64,000 nt of DNA from Octopus bimaculoides (lineage: Eukaryota). The stretch covers positions 55,274,814 through 55,338,813 of the forward strand of contig NC_068987.1 of assembly GCF_001194135.2 (NCBI RefSeq), given 5' to 3'. Both the position numbers and the translations under genes were made by a program. Shown here piece after piece: positions 52,671 through 64,000 of the stretch (positions are counted from its first letter, which is position 1; every line of letters starts with the position of its first letter). The notes under the pieces were generated by a model, which ran no database searches, was not told the origin of the DNA, and saw only the letters and a program-made list of their open reading frames with translations.

Positions 52671-52989
52671 AATACCTCAAATAATAATAGAACGCTCTAT
52701 TTGCCAATTGAACGTCGAATAAAGTATGACCCATTTGGAAAACTTTCGCTGACAATGTTGCAATTAACTGCAATTAATTGTAATTAATTGATATGATAGC
52801 AATCAATTTTTTAATCAGCAGTACGTCTCCAATCAATTAACTGGACCAATATATTGCAATTAATTTTTCTTCAATTAATTTTTACAACCCTTGCGACCAA
52901 TGCCTTGAGAGCGAATTTGGTTGGTGGAAAATGAGAGGAAGCCTATCATATTTATAAGGTTGTGTGTAAGAGAGAGGGAGAGAGAGGGA

Positions 52990-53020
<31 letters not shown>

Positions 53021-54121
53021 GAGTGAGTGTGTGTGAGTGTGCACATATTGTAGGCATGTATATATGTGTGCACATGTCTCTTAGGTTTTACGTATTCTTC
53101 TCCACCGCTTGACATGTTGGTTTGTTTACGTGCTCGTAACTTAGCGGTTTCCGCCAAAGACACCGATATAATGAGTACCAGGCTTTAAAAACATAAGTAC
53201 TGTGGACGATTTGTCCGCCTAAACGTCTCAAGGTGTGTCCCACCGCGACCATAGTCCAATGACCGAAGCAATTAGATGATAGATGTTAAAAATAGAAAAA
53301 TAAATAAATGAATAAATAAATAAAAAAGAAACATACCTTGGCGATACATTAGTCCTATAAACTTATATCAATGATTAATCAGTTTCGGATAATGACAAAA
53401 GCGGTATTAGTAATGTCTTTTTTTTTTTTTTTTTTTTNNNNNNNNNNNNNNNNNNNNNNNNNNNNNNNNNNNNNNNNNNNNNNNNNNNNNNNNNNNNNNN
53501 NNNNNNNNNNNNNNNNNNNNNNNNNNNNNNNNNNNNNNNNNNNNNNNNNNNNNNNNNNNNNNNNNNNNNNNNNNNNNNNNNNNNNNNNNNNNNNNNNNNN
53601 NNNNNNNNNNNNNNNNNNNNNNNNNNNNNNNNNNNNNNNNNNNNNNNNNNNNNNNNNNNNNNNNNNNNNNNNNNNNNNNNNNNNNNNNNNNNNNNNNNNN
53701 NNNNNNNNNNNNNNNNNNNNNNNNNNNNNNNNNNNNNNNNNNNNNNNNNNNNNNNNNNNNNNNNNNNNNNNNNNNNNNNNNNNNNNNNNNAGTTCTTGTG
53801 AAACTGATGTGCAGTCGGCGGAAATTTTCTCCTGGTCATACAAGCGGATCTTTTAAACTTGCAATAATGCTATTGACTGAACAACATCGTAACGTGAGCA
53901 CAGAAGATTCAAAGAGTGGAGTGTAGCAAGCGTCGGGCAACTTTAATATAACAAATATACACACACACGCATACACTCTTACTGTTAGGTTCAGTTACGT
54001 ATACAATGGGTACTCTGTTTTTTTTTTATTTATTATTTTATGCGTTACCTAATCTACCTACCAAGCGGGCAACAAGTGGTTCCACTGAACGATAACAGAG
54101 TGGGTAGGAGGGGATATTGTT

Positions 54122-54123
<2 letters not shown>

Positions 54124-54165
<42 letters not shown>

Positions 54166-54186
54166 GCGGCAGCGGCGGCGGCGGCG
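54124..54186. repeat. (GCA)n-(GCG)n trinucleotide repeat
   Basis: Directly visible. Confidence 0.95.
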
Positions 54187-54339
54187 AAGGAGTAAAAAAT
54201 CATGAAAATGAAAAAAAGAAAAAGAAAAAGAAAGGAGTAAAGGAAATTCAGAATCTAATAACCCCATTCTGCCGACACCTGCGAATCAGTTGATAGTCAA
54301 AAGTCGTTTATTGACTTTGTTGACTTTGTCCCTTTTTGA

Positions 54340-56930
54340 CGCCTCTCCCTTCTGGTGAGGTGTTACAAGGGATTCCATTCTTTACAAAGAGTCGCAGCTG
54401 ATAGAATCAATGAAGGGTGTCCGACCACTGACAATAACTAACTACTCCTTATAATTAATAGATGTTACGACAAGAAAGACGTCGCTATCACCAAGACAAC
54501 AAGAAAGTCAGACGACTACTTGACGGACCACAAACACCTCCATCAGCCGACTCAGAATTCCTCTTCGTCATTAAACACCTGTCCACTTAAAGTGTCGGCG
54601 AAGAAAGTTAAATACATCGAAACTTAAAAACCAAGCCGAAGAATTCCAAGAATACATCAAAGACCAGCCGACAAACAGCCTCGCTAACGCCAAGGACACC
54701 ACTGAAAAGAAGACAGTTATCCGAAACACCATCCAAAAAGCAATTGAAAACACTATCGGCTTCACGAAAAGGGAGAACTGGGATCAGTTCGATGAATACA
54801 ACGGAAATTTCAAAATTCCTCAGTGCTAAAAGAGATGCTCACCTGTCCCTTGTACAAGACCTAACTTCAAGTAACGCTTTCAAGATCTAAGTGGACATGT
54901 CAAACTCAGATTAGTGACATTCAAAACAACTAAAAAGGCTATCGAACTTCAACGATACAGACCTCAGAAACCTTAGAAATTTCTTCACTTGTATCAAAGA
55001 TCTCTACTGCCCAACCCGAGCCTCAACCTGTACTTTGACGACTTCCGACAGCACCAACATTCTCACTAACAGCCAAAGCATCCTAAACTACTGAAAAGAT
55101 CACTTAAGCACTCTCCTAAATAAGAGCTCAACTGCAGCAGAAGACTTCCTTAGAACTGTGCCTCAACTATGGTAGTCGGGCATTCCATCTTTTCGTGAAT
55201 ACAGCAATGCAATTAAAATGATGAAAGCGAGAAAGTCACCTGTTCTAGATAACAACCATTTACAACTCTTCCAAATTAGTGGCCACTCTTTAAGAACTAG
55301 GTTATTCTAGCTCATTCTGAAAATGTGTGAAACTCGAATGTTTGCAGATATAAAGAATGTCGTAATCGTTACAAATTTTAAGAAAGGAGATCGCCGTATT
55401 TATGGAAACTACCGTGGCGTATATCTCCTCTCTATCCTAGGATAAAACCGCCAGAATATTGCCTAACTATCTTCTAGTCATCTCGGAGAAAGTGTAGTCG
55501 AAATCTCGGCGTGGATTTCGTGCTTCTTGAACAACAATTGACATAATATTCTGCATAGGACAGTTACAGGAAAAATACAGAGAACAACAGAAACCTCTCT
55601 TCCTGGAATTGTATGATGTCGAGAAGGCTTTCGACACCGTACTGCATACAACAATTTGGTTGTCCCAATTGACTTGTGATATTCATTCGGGTACTTAACG
55701 ATGGCATGACAGGACAAGTAACCCATGAAAACCACGCGTCAGGAGATTTTCCTATCACCAATGACTTAAAGCAAGAATATGTTCTCATTTTAACCTTGTT
55801 TTCCTTGTACCTTGCAGCCATGTTCCACGAAATTTCACGCAACAAGCTAGGGATCAGTTACTGCTTCGATGGTGGACTCTGAAATCTGTCCATACTTTAA
55901 TCACAAAGACTGACTGATAGCATTCATGTCACTGGACCACAGGATGCCGATGACAATGCCTCGCCAGCTTATTATCTCGAAGAAATGCAGAAATCGGTCA
56001 ATAACTTCAAATATACGACTGGTCGCTTCGATCTGACAATCAACATCCAATAACCTGAAATCCTTACACAACCTGATTCAAACTCAATTTTTCAAGATTT
56101 CACTATCACTATCGCCAATACACCACTGGAACAAGAAAATCAGTTCCAGTTGCTCGGAAGTATCCTCTCTCCACACAATGTAACGCTGAGAAATACATCT
56201 AAAACAGGATCTGAGCTGCTCATATTACTTTTGGAAAAACTCTTTCATCGAGTCTTCGGAAACTAGAAACTACAAACTCTTGATCTACTAAGGACGTGGT
56301 GCATGAGGACGTGGTGCATGAGGTCGTGGTTGTTTCCACTCTAATCAAAGGTTGAGACATGAACTTTGTACCGCAGGGATATCCGAAAACTGGAACGATT
56401 TTGTCAAAAGAAACTTCGGCCAGTAATGATCGGTAAATGGGAGAACTATGTCGACAACCTTGCAGTTCTTGAATAGATCAAAGCCAACAACATTGGACAT
56501 GATCTGCCCATCTGAGGCGATAAAGTATCGCTTGAGATGGGCAGATCATGCCCACTACATAATTCAAATACTCTGCAGTGAATTCTGCAACGGCAAGAGA
56601 TCGCGCCACTGTCTCATGATGCGAAGCTACAAGAGACAACTGAAAGGTAATGAAGAGCTTCATTATTAACCTCAAATCCTGGAAGCAACGTGCAGAAGAA
56701 AGTGCTATGTGGTGTCACATCATCAACATCGGTATAGAACATTTTGAAGATCGTTAAAGAAATGAAGAGGTTAAACGGCTATGACAAAAGATCTGCCAAC
56801 TATAGCCAAGGTCTCTATTGGCCACCAAATGTGACCTCTGTAGACAATTCTTCTACGAAGAAAGAAGTACTTGGAAATGACGAGGCCTTACGACAAAGAT
56901 GTTTGTGGTCAAGGCAAATTAATTCTTCTT
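54340..56930 (+). mobile_element. RTE-clade LINE, 5'-truncated and degenerate (APE end plus RT)
   Basis: DYLTDHKHL (APE end), RRKLNTSKL, KKGDRR..GNYRGVYLLS, YDVEKAFDTV, QDADD (YADD), LLGSILS, RLRWADH; many stops and frameshifts. Confidence 0.9.
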
Positions 56931-57763
56931 CTTTTTTTGCATCCATCCATCCAAATACATAACATTACTCTTACTATATTAATTCATATACTCACACTTT
57001 TAATCTGTTTGTCTCACTGATACAGAGGTCAACACATGCAGATGCACTCGCGAACAAATACATGATGCATGTCTCTCATGTCTCACGTCAAACTTCTAAA
57101 TGACATTTTGGGTTTCACAACTATGTTACGTTCTCACTGTGTTAACACGACTGTTTAATCGAACGTAATAGACAACCCTACAGTGGTTTTTCAACTTGGT
57201 GGTGGTTTTCAGACTATCACACTGTTTAGTTTTAACCCGTTTTTGATTTTTCGAGAAACAATTTCTGAAGTTCATTAGAGATAATAAAAAAGATACGATT
57301 TTGCTTTGAAACAAAAATAGGAATAAAAAAAAGAACATCATAGAATGGAGTTAGCTAGCTGCGTTTATTGTTAATTCAAATTGCTTCATTGGTCTCGATA
57401 AAACCAGTCTTGTACCATGCCATTTCAATGTCAACAACTAATGGTTTATCTCCATGTACTGGGGGAAAAATCTCTTTAACAGTCCATGACGAAGCCAATT
57501 CCTTCGATCATTACAAAATGCAGTAAGCTGATTGGTTTTTCAATTTCACTAAAAGTCATATACTCCACTTTAAGGCAATCATAGAACAGGAGGTTACGAT
57601 TAAACTACGGGAAGAAAGAGATATAATAGATAAAGGTGAATAAAAAAATTGACGATATAATTAGTCTAATATTTTACCATAAATTAAATTAAGTGGTTAG
57701 TTTGACTATCTCTAATTTCAAAGTTTCAGCAGATTAAGATTTCTATTAAGAGAGAAATAGAGG

Positions 57764-57765
<2 letters not shown>

Positions 57766-57808
<43 letters not shown>

Positions 57809-57818
57809 NNNNNNNNNN

Positions 57819-57850
<32 letters not shown>
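57766..57850. repeat. (GA)n microsatellite spanning a small gap
   Basis: Directly visible. Confidence 0.95.
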
Positions 57851-57857
<7 letters not shown>

Positions 57858-58567
57858 TGAACAACAAGGACAAAAAGGAAATTATACCACTATACCGAAT
57901 AATATGTGTAGAGTTCAGTCTGATGAAAAAAAAAAATAAATAAATAACAGTTAAAAAGTCATTTGTGACAAACATTGGTTTTATATTGGGTGTATATCAG
58001 AAATACATAGTGGTAGAATTTGGAGTACGTCTGAAGACTCAACATGAAGAATCTGAAAGTTTTTTTTACTTGAAAATAGTTAAAATTACTTGGAAATGAA
58101 TCAAGGGACACAATACTTTTATTATCTAATATTTTCATTCTTTATTACTTAAGGACATTTTTCTGTATAAGGTATCTTCTACTGACAAAGGAAAACGATC
58201 CAAGATCCGTAATGAAGTTGCTGTTAAAAACGACAAGTCAATGCTTATGCAGGCATTCAGACCATCACTTCACTACATACACAATACATGTTAGTAGAAA
58301 TTACATTTACTTTATTGTAGAGACTCAGTGACATTTATCATGTTCTTCATTATCAACACGAAGTACAAATGCATGATTATAAACTTTAAAGGGGTTTACG
58401 TTTATGGGACAGCAGTAAAGAATGAAAGTATTCGAGAAACTTTTCACAGAAAGGAAGTATTCCATCGAAAATCTATAACTTTTTAAAGATGCGCATAATT
58501 TTTTAGTCATTATTGTAATTTTCCAAAAAAAATTTAATATTAATTTTTCGTTTTACTATGTGTAACA

Positions 58568-59163
58568 TACTGTGTTGAGTCAAAAGTTTTGCAATATTTT
58601 GGTAACTTATTTGCTTTATTCGATAGATTACAACAAAATCAGCCTAGCATTCATTGTAGAGGTCATCGTACTGCACCACCTGAAGCCACCTTTCTGTCAG
58701 TTCTTGTCCTTCGAGGTGAATCACTCCCCGACTGAAGCCTCCACCTCCTTTTGGTTGATGAATTGTCGCAAGCGCAGGAAGTGAGCCATGGATCGGAACA
58801 AGTAGTAATCCGAGGGAGCTAGGTCCGGACTATATGCTGGATGTACCAGTTCCATTCCCTCAAGTTCCTGGGCTTAATTCCGGGTTGTTCGAGCGATATG
58901 AGGTCTTACGTTGTCTTGCTGCAGAAGAGCACGCTTTCTGTTTACCAATGCCGGATATTTTTGTCGCACATTGACATACATCCGATCCAGTTGTTCGGAG
59001 TACAGGTTGGCATAGATGGTTCGACTGCCCGGAACGAAATCGTAGTGAATTATCCCCTCATAATTCCACCAAACGCATAGCGTCACCTTTGGAAAAGCCG
59101 GTGTTTGACGACAGGTTCCGGAAGTTGGCCTTTGCTTATGCGCAAAAGGATTGCAGAAAAATA
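58568..59163 (-). pseudogene. mariner 3' half (catalytic domain to TIR)
   Basis: KGQLPEPVVK, VTLCVWWNYEGIIHY, LLQQDNVRPH, HPAYSPDLAPSDYYLFRSM (YSPDLAP motif), ERWLQVVQYD; terminal TIR followed by TA. Confidence 0.92.
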
Positions 59164-59407
59164 TCTCCCTCGGATCATCCCTTGTTCCGATCCCTAGCTT
59201 GCTTCCTGTACTCGCGATGCTTCATCAAGCAAGACAAAATGGAAGCTTTAGTAAAGGAATTCTTCGCCTCGAAGGACAGGAACTGGTGCTAGAGTGGGAT
59301 CGAAGAACTGACAGAAAGGTGGCTTCAAACGGTGCAACATGACGGCCTCTATTTTGAAGGCTATGATGCTTTTGTTTTAATTGCAAAACCTTTGACCCAA
59401 CGCAATA
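59164..59407 (+). pseudogene. Second mariner 3' end, opposite orientation
   Basis: PSDHPLFRSL...EALVKEFFASKDRNW...ELTERWLQTVQHDGLYFE, then TIR ttgcaaaacctttgacccaacgcaa-TA. Confidence 0.88.
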
Positions 59408-59449
59408 TAATTTAATACAATGATCATGACTCTTTCCCTTTATTCAGAA

Positions 59450-60530
59450 GCTTTTAGTTTGCTCAAACCTTTCACATTCGTGAATTTTATAATCCCAACG
59501 TCTGCCAGATTTCTCGTTTCGTTGTCTACACCATAACAATCTGGAGAAGTAACTCCTATATAACTTGAATGGAGTCACTTTTATATAATTTTAACGTCTG
59601 CGCTAGACAGCTTTGACAAGGCTGACTAACGAGTCGAAGGCCAGATTTTACACAAATGTTCTCTACCTCGCCTCTGTATCTTTTCTTCTACACATGCTCG
59701 TTTTCTTTTCGGTGGGAAACATCTTCTTTTCAGCATGAATTAACTCCAGTAGGGAAGCAGATAGAGCGTTGTGTTTCAGAAGGGACTAGATTTATCAGTT
59801 TCGGAGCGAAATAAATCGATGCACTGGAGTTTGGAACATTTTACAGTCAAATCATTATCAAACTGAATATTTAATGTTCTAAATGTCGCTTACTTTTTGT
59901 GAGTGGTAAATTTTCTGGAGATTGGTTTGGCGCTTTGCCTGTAACGAACATCAGATGGACCCAGCATTTCCATTGTTCTTAGAATCAGAGCTGTGGCTGG
60001 AATGATGTGTCAACGTGACAAACTCTTTGATTCTGAGGTTTCTTTATAGATTGTCAAGTCAGCTGGACAGACCACTTTGCCTACCACACTGAAATAAAAT
60101 TAATTATACAACATCCTAATACTACTACTTCAATTCTGGAATCAGTAAAACTGTCCAGGGACGAAAAAAAAAGGGTCTGATGGGCTATCACTTTGTCCCA
60201 GGGTTAGAGATAAATGCTGCATATGGGGCGTCACGTTAGTGAGTCTTTCACTCCATCATTCATCACTGCAGTGGAGGTGGGGCCTACTATGTCCACAGAC
60301 GAACGGAATAAGATTCTTAATTTTCTAGTGAATCACATATCTTCAAGCTGTAGCATTTGAGACGTTCAAAGGTGCTGGTCCGCCGATTACGAAAATTTTT
60401 ATCATTGTTGGCGTCTCGTCTTATTGAAGTAACAGGTGATACCTGTAAGGGTGCTTGGTTGTTCTAGCGCCTTAGCTTTGCAATTATCTGAGATAATACT
60501 GCGAGTGCTTTTGATTATTTTAAACATTTT
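59450..60530 (+). mobile_element. CRE-like non-LTR retrotransposon 3' region (RLE)
   Basis: CRLLFVSGKFSGDWFGALPV, SDGLSLCP...CIWGVT (PDG...WD-T RLE motif), VAFETFKGAGP, LASRLIEVTGD...AWLF*RLSFAII-DN. Confidence 0.65.
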
Positions 60531-61494
60531 ATGTAGAGAGAAATATCAGTTTTCTCTGGTCTAATGTTTATTTAAAGGTGTTTGTGTGACCCTTTAAACT
60601 AATCTTTATTGTTATTTTCTGTTTAATTTTGTAAGTTTAAACTATTTTGATATAATTATTCTACTCAGCTTTTGTGAACATAATGATTCATCACTGAACC
60701 ATTATGACATTTGTTATAAAGCTTTACATAAACTCTTATTCTAAGGATTCGCAAAACATTGACGCTGTGCTTGTTAAACAAATATTTTATACAATTAGAT
60801 GTTTTGGCTTAAAAACCGTTATTAAATATACACATTGTGAGGCATTATTGTTTGATTCTTTAGAAAATGTTATATTCGAGTTTGCATTGTTTGTATTTTA
60901 TTCTTTCGAATTTTGTCGTCATATGAAAAATCTCAAGTACCAGATATATACTTGGGTCAACGAGCTCTCCACCTCCTTTACAAATGTATGGTCCTGAATA
61001 TACACAAGAAATCCCTATTGTTTGTTGTGAAGAGCGCAAGTGAGTAAAAGTTTATCTCCCGGTTAGACAAGTTCGCTCTCTCCGCGCTTCAATCAACGCC
61101 CATTTTGGGAAAGGCATGAATGCTATAATATCCTAGTTGTCCCCCTTCTTAAATCTCTGGCCCTGTACGTTGTCGGTGGCGAAATCATCGTTGCTATATA
61201 GTTGTCGTTGGTGTTTTCGAGCGCTCTGAAGAAAGCTCTCACTAGCCGAAAGCGACCTGGTTTCGACTCCCAGTTGAAACTCCTTCACATCGTTTAATAA
61301 CTAAACGGAAGATGAAAGCATGCTTCATAGCGCTAGTTATCCTTTACTCATTTTTTTTTTTAAATGTGTACCTGTTCAAAAAGAAAAAGTTTCTACACAA
61401 TAAATTATGTGTTGTTAAAAAAAAACTTGGTTACCCGTATTAAATAAAAAAGAGTAACTTAAAAAACAGAAAAGTATTTATGAATTAAGCATAT

Positions 61495-61553
61495 ATTATA
61501 TATATANNNNNNNNNNTATATATATATACATATATATATGTGTGTGTGTATGT

Positions 61554-61603
<50 letters not shown>

Positions 61604-61625
61604 ATTATATACCCACACACATACA
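61495..61625. repeat. (TA)n/(TG)n/(TATG)n microsatellite; similar arrays at 62586-62623 and 63264-63340
   Basis: Directly visible. Confidence 0.95.
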
Positions 61626-62581
61626 CATTTATATATGAATATTAATTACATATGCCAAGCGCCATCTTGAACGTAAGATTGTCATTGTTCGCAATCAAAT
61701 CTAGAACAAGCAGCTGCAACTGCTTTAGTGTTTATCGTGTGTGCAGCTGAAATCGTACGAGTTATATACATATATATACTCCAACAATAATTTTATTTAA
61801 CTTTCCAACTAAGTCATGTAACGAAAAGAATATCAAAAAAAAAAGGAAAAAAAAAAAACTAAGTTCAGGATAACAGTAGAATTACACATTATATCTCTTG
61901 TTTCGTTGTTTGCCAAAGGAAACAAAATTAAAAAAGAAACAAATTTACAGGATAAAACAAGGGGGACAACTCTAAGATTCCAAGAACATTTTTTTTATTT
62001 CTACAATGTTGTTATTGTCAAGCGAGTCGAGTCTCTTTTTTACAACTGGGATGTGCATGTGGTTTTTGAATTATATCCCATCGATCGTTACGTTTTCATG
62101 TTGTTATTTCTAATTCCTTTTTGTTTCCCCCAATTAATATTATATGGATGGCTCATCTAAGAAAGGTAAATTTACTTCTATTTAATCTATCTATCTATTT
62201 AATGCATATATGTTGTGTATCCATCAATATTTAAAATGTGTATTTTCTCTTTCTGTATTATATGTGTCTCAAAAAATAGATGTGTGTGAATAATATGCGT
62301 CTAATATACACTCACACACCTAAATATATATAAATGTATGCACATGTGTGTTATTGCTTTTGTGTATATTTTATGATTTTGTAGTCTGAATGTTTTGTGT
62401 TTATCACATAAAGGATTTTGTATTATAAGCATGTTTGGAAGCATTACCCAAATATCGGTTATATTTTTTATGTTTCTACCTTTATCTTTACTGGCGCGCT
62501 AAACTAAATACTTTCATCTGATAATTTTTTCACCTCTTCAAAATCGTAGCTTAAAATAACTTGGGGCTTAGTTTTTCTCTT

Positions 62582-62623
<42 letters not shown>

Positions 62624-63301
62624 NNNNNNNNNNNNNNNNNNNNNNNNNNNNNNNNNNNNNNNNNNNNNNNNNNNNNNNNNNNNNNNNNNNNNNNNNNNNN
62701 NNNNNNNNNNNNNNNNNNNNNNNNNNNNNNNNNNNNNNNNNNNNNNNNNNNNNNNNNNNNNNNNNNNNNNNNNNNNNNNNNNNNNNNNNNNNNNNNNNNN
62801 NNNNNNNNNNNNNNNNNNNNNNNNNNNNNNNNNNNNNNNNNNNNNNNNNNNNNNNNNNNNNNNNNNNNNNNNNNNNNNNNNNNNNNNNNNNNNNNNNNNN
62901 NNNNNNNNNNNNNNNNNNNNNNNNNNNNNNNNNNNNNNNNNNNNNNNNNNNNNNNNNNNNNNNNNNNNNNNNNNNNNNNNNNNNNNNNNNNNNNNNNNNN
63001 NNNNNNNNNNNNNNNNNNNNNNNNNNNNNNNNNNNNNNNNNNNNNNNNNNNNNNNNNNNNNNNNNNNNNNNNNNNNNNNNNNNNNNNNNNNNNNNNNNNN
63101 NNNNNNNNNNNNNNNNNNNNNNNNNNNNNNNNNNNNNNNNNNNNNNNNNNNNNNNNNNNNNNNNNNNNNNNNNNNNNNNNNNNNNNNNNNNNNNNNNNNN
63201 NNNNNNNNNNNNNNNNNNNNNNNNNNNNNNNNNNNNNNNNNNNNNNNNNNNNNNNNNNNNNNNATATATATATATATATATATATATACATACATACATA
63301 C

Positions 63302-63340
<39 letters not shown>

Positions 63341-64000
63341 AAAGAATAACTTAGAGAAATCATGGGTTTATGCATGTTTATTTCTTCACATCTTGGGGTG
63401 GTTCCAACTCATGTTTACTAGAAATTTCATGTATCGGCAAGATTTATCTACCAACCTAGTTTAACAGCGGAAGCAAACGTGACACTTCGTTAATGGAAAT
63501 TCCTCGCAGACAGTAACATCTCTCTCTGTCTGGAACCTTGTTTTCTGTTCCCTCCCCCGTACTCTTCTTTCTTATACCATCCCTTGTATTCCTTTCGCCT
63601 GTGATTTTTCAGTGTCATTGTAATTTCAGCTCACTGTGTGTTGTGATTATATATATATCAGAACAGTGTGTATGTGTCGATTAAATTCATGTATCTTTAG
63701 AGCGCTAATATTCAATGTTTGTGTATGTGTGTGCCAAATTTCGACAAGAACACACACACACACACACACACACACCTATATACTTTCTCATATAATACCT
63801 CACAGTCCTCATAAATTTTTCATATAAATCACTTTACCGAAAGTAACTGACATGTATGTACCCTTATAAGCACCATCGACTGGGTTTTTTAATTCGCTTT
63901 CGATAACATCTATTAATTTCTTCTAGACCTCTCCTTAACTGCAATTAAGCTTCGAATATGTCTCTCTAGGGAATAATATATATGTGTAAGTGTGTGCGTA

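Larger units (their letters stand above)
50716..52893 (-). mobile_element. hAT-superfamily DNA transposon with both TIRs, 8-bp TSD and decayed transposase
   Basis: TIRs CAGGGGTTGTAAATAATTGATTG / CAAGGGTTGTAAAAATTAATTG; TSD TGACTAAT / CGACCAAT; caatt-rich subterminal repeats. Confidence 0.9.
50617..53290 (+). mobile_element. SINE family B split by a hAT insertion (50617-50715 and 52894-53290)
   Basis: Head ends ...gggctgactaat and resumes cgaccaatgccttgagagcgaatttgg, contiguous with the family sequence at 31585-31630. Confidence 0.85.

Overview
AT-rich eukaryotic draft-assembly sequence with 8 N gaps and many microsatellites. The SINE and MITE families look like those of Octopus (inferred from repeat content, not checked by search). 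Host features I can support: (1) the last two coding exons of a + strand gene (16221-16322 and 19457-19615) ending ...EPLYAQVNK...ADSWV*, most consistent with a delta-catenin/p120-family (CTNND2-like) protein; (2) an intact tRNA-Arg(CCT) gene on the - strand (41143-41215). The rest is mostly decayed mobile DNA: several tRNA-derived SINE families, RTE and CRE-like LINE remnants, Tc1, mariner and two hAT transposase relics, and piggyBac-, mariner- and Mutator-type MITEs. Best observations: a CagA/Bep-like EPIYA-type phosphotyrosine motif beside the DSWV PDZ ligand; a hAT with both ends and an 8-bp TSD that splits a SINE; a MULE-like MITE with octamer+CCAAT in both TIRs; a mariner inverted dimer; several long hairpins and palindromes; and a switch from CpG-depleted to CpG-retaining sequence near 38.4 kb. 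Most supplied ORFs are microsatellite, gap or chance artefacts. All alignments and counts were done by eye, and I found no clear novel multi-gene system.
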